From: Bilabrum cf. latius | Lineage: Eukaryota | Direction: 5' to 3' | DNA: 64,000 bases | Assembly (NCBI GenBank): GCA_965178125.1 | Contig: OZ237738.1 | Span: 1,116,001-1,180,000, forward strand | Shown: positions 61,283 through 64,000 of the stretch, piece after piece | Layout of the letters: each line of letters opens with the position of its first letter | How positions within the stretch are numbered: the stretch's first letter is position 1 | Position numbers and translations under genes: made by a program | The notes under the pieces: generated by a model | What the model was told of the DNA's origin: nothing | What the model saw: the letters and a program-made list of their open reading frames with translations, nothing else | Databases searched by the model: none

Positions 61283-64000
61283 ATGTCATCGTCCGGCCCA
61301 AGTTCTGCTGACGTCAAGAAGGCCGCTGCAGAGTTGGACAAGATCCATGCAGCACGTGGGTAGGCTGTTCCGAGCTCAGATGACATCAATTCGTTCGTAA
61401 GCCGAGCAGATGAGGTAAGTTGCCGTTTCGAACGAAACTGAGAGTGCCTTTGCGTCGAAACTACCGCCTACGGTGTCGCGTCAATGATAGCAATGGTTAA
61501 CTTCAATGCCGCAAGTGCAGGTCGCCCGACAAGTTAAGGCGCTGGCAGACGGCAAGATAGACCCCGAGGATGTCGAGGCTGGCATCACGCAAACTGCCGA
61601 GGAGATGGAAAGAGAGCGGAAAGAGCGCGAGGAGAAAAGGATTGCTGCTGAAAGAAAGCTGCAGGATAAGCTTGCCGAGGCGGCAAAGAAAGAGCGGCAG
61701 GAGGAAAGCGAGAGATGGTGGCGATTCGCAAAGTTTCAGTTTAATGACATTGGTGCACCAGGAGCCGCAGACCTCCTGCGCGAAGATCTTGACTGGATCG
61801 TAGAGGCTGAGAAATCTGCTAGAGATTCAGAAGAGGCGGAAGACTCCGCGCATGCAGCTGCAGATGGTCCCAGTTCTGAGAGCAAGCACGGCGGGGCTTC
61901 CAGCGGCGCCGGGGCTGCCGTGGTGGAGGCGCGAACAATCGGCGAATCGGCGCCCATCGACTACACCAAGTGGGACGAGCTTGCGAAGAGGGCAGACGGT
62001 CCCATCTACAAAGAGGATTTCGAGGAGATCGAGCGCCTCAAAGAAGAGGCCAAAGACCGCCAGTTCGAGGAGAGCAATCCAGAGTTCGTGGCGAACTTTC
62101 TCTCGGACCAGAAGAAGAGGGAAGAGACGCGGAAGAAACGAGCAGACGACGCAGAGCGGCTCAAGAAGCAGGGAACAGAGGCCTACAAGGAGGGACGGCT
62201 GGACCACGCCATGGGCTGCTGGCTCGAGTCGGTGCGGCTGGTGCCTTTCCAGGAGCAGGTGCTAACCAACGTCGCACAGCTTTGCATCCGCATGGGCAAA
62301 CCGGAGGAAGCCCTTGAGTTCGCCCGGCGCGCCATCTTCATCGCTCCGGGCAATCCCAAGGCCCTCTTCCGCCGCGCCACTGCCCGACGCGTACTCAAGG
62401 ACGTGCATGGGTGGGCCGCGGACATGAAGCGCGCTGCGGAGCGCGCTCCAAAGGACCTTAAGCTGTCCTCGCAGGCCCAACAGGCTGCTGAGTTATCGGC
62501 ACAGCTGCGCAGAGCCGAAATCCTCGACCATCTAGTGGCTGGCACCTCACTTGGCAAGACTGCTAGATCAGGATCTGGATCGGGATCGGGCAGCGGCGTC
62601 GCAACGGGTGGGGGCTCTGGTGGTCTGAGCCCTGCAGTTGTGGAGCTGCTGCGCGAAACGAGCGAGGCAATCCACGGCTTGCCCGGCTTTGTGGTAGGGA
62701 GGGGGGATGAACAGCCGGGCGACACGACATAGGATGCTGCGACCGGGGCCACGCCATCCGGATCGGTGGCACCCTCTGGCGGCAGCAGCCGCAGTCCTGC
62801 CCGTGGGTCTGCAACAGCAGCTGCGCAGCTCCAGAAGCTAGTCAACTGCGTGCTCTCTGCAAGCATGCAAAGCCAGCAGAGCACAGGAGGTGCGGCACCT
62901 TCGGCAAGCACGGAAGACTCTCCACGCGTGCTGGTGCGAGCACTTTTGCTGCGGACCGGTGCCCTTACTTTCATCGCGAGAGGCCTGGTACGACTGCTTG
63001 AGTCAAGCGCGGGCCAGCCAGGCACGGCGAGCGCGCAATCACGGGAAGCTGTGCGCGAGCTGGACCTGCCTGGTCTCGCGCTGTCCTCCACTGGAGCCAC
63101 CAAGTCTGCCTTCAACCTGCTGACAGCATCCGTCTCTGGCACCGCCAGCTCCTGCAGGGAACTATTGCAGAACCAGGGAGTACTAGGCGCATGCGTGCTT
63201 TTCCTCACTCACCTGAGCGGGCTGAAGTCGCCCTCGGAGTCCTGCACCGCAGCGGATATTGCGGCCAGGGGGATCGCGAGCGGGAAGTCCCCCGCTGGCC
63301 CGGGAGTCGAGGGACTGGTGAAGAAGAAGGACTCGGTCAGGTGGGCTGTCGCTCGCCATGCCCTCCGATTCCTGCGGACCGCGTGCGGGGCAGAGTCGCC
63401 GGAGCAGGACGCGTCTGCCATGCTGTGCCTTTCGGAGGTGCTAGTCGGCTCGCAAGTCCTGGAGGCAAGCACTGCATCAGAAAAGGTAGCCGCATCGAAA
63501 CCAAGGCCGAGCGTCTTCGCGCCGCTGGAAGAGCGCGTGAAAGGTAGTGGGCCATCGGCTGGAAGCGCTGCTGCTTCTGCAGCCTCACGGAAAGACTCTG
63601 AAAGTGAGGGTGGTGAGCTAGGCCCCCGTGTGCGGCATGGGGGGTTGCTAGCACCTGCAGCTGCGCGGTAGTTGTCCAAGGCAGCAGGACGTGGCAAGAC
63701 TGCTATCGCGCCTCAAATCGGCATCGCAAAGGTCATCTCGGCAGCAGCGGGTGCGTTTGGCCCGGGGCCGATTGACATTGCGCTCATGACACGATAGATG
63801 GTACAAGGAACTCGCGGGGGGGTGGACAAAGGCAGCGTAGATGGCTCGCTGGGGGCAGAAATGCAAAGGCACGGACAGGTGGTGCTGGGCGGTATGGAGG
63901 CATTGGAGCACGCTTGCGAGCTACTATCGGCGGCATGCACGCCTCGTGTTCGCAGGGCTCTCCCGGCCCCCGTCCGTCAAGCCATGGATGCATCCGGATT
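61283..64000 (+). CDS. TTC12: TTC12-like TPR protein (ciliary dynein assembly), truncated by the window edge
   Basis: Exon 1 61283-61414, intron 61415-61520, exon 2 from 61521. N-terminal DDINSFVSRADEV, FLSDQKKREE..AERLKKQGTEAY and three TPRs, followed by a helical region. TAGs at 61361, 62730, 63669, 63795. Confidence 0.75.

Noticed and set aside
136-64000. Pseudogene cluster or sequencing error as the explanation for in-frame stops
   Set aside because: Interruptions are exclusively TAG, frames are preserved, and catalytic and structural motifs of essential genes are intact. Decay or random error would also produce TAA, TGA and frameshifts.
136-64000. Ciliate-type code (TAA and TAG both Gln), TAG=Leu/Trp/pyrrolysine, or context-dependent stops
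   Set aside because: No internal TAA was seen although CAA is common, and DDX51 ends at TAA. TAG aligns with Gln and sits mostly in polar contexts. No gene is seen to end at TAG. Evidence that TAA is a stop rests on only one or two genes.

Overview
Gene-dense, GC-rich nuclear DNA from a flagellated, mitochondriate microbial eukaryote (GT-AG introns, CEP104, TTC12, a mitochondrial carrier). The style suggests a heterotrophic stramenopile such as a bicosoecid, but the sequence alone cannot establish taxonomy. Main result: the genome appears to use a non-standard genetic code in which UAG is a sense codon for glutamine while UGA and UAA remain stops. The fragmented ORF track resolves into 19 continuous genes once TAG is read through. 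By manual count there are about 97 in-frame TAGs in 18 of 19 genes, no gene ends at TAG, 16 end at TGA, 2 end at TAA (one of these uncertain) and 1 runs off the window. TAG falls inside conserved motifs (ZNF511 CxxC, DDX51 core, CEP104 GW*SPR, LRR consensus) and aligns with CAG in a paralog within the window. Other notable items: a three-member family of unknown, largely disordered proteins with two conserved blocks (two members start MGCGxS); a tandem pair of 11-exon ankyrin genes with roughly one repeat per phase-0 exon and a gene-conversion-like tract; and a C-terminal module shared by those ankyrin proteins and an LRR protein 36-40 kb away. No tRNA, rRNA, CRISPR array or transposon was recognised. 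All translations, counts and homolog comparisons were done by eye and from memory of the families.
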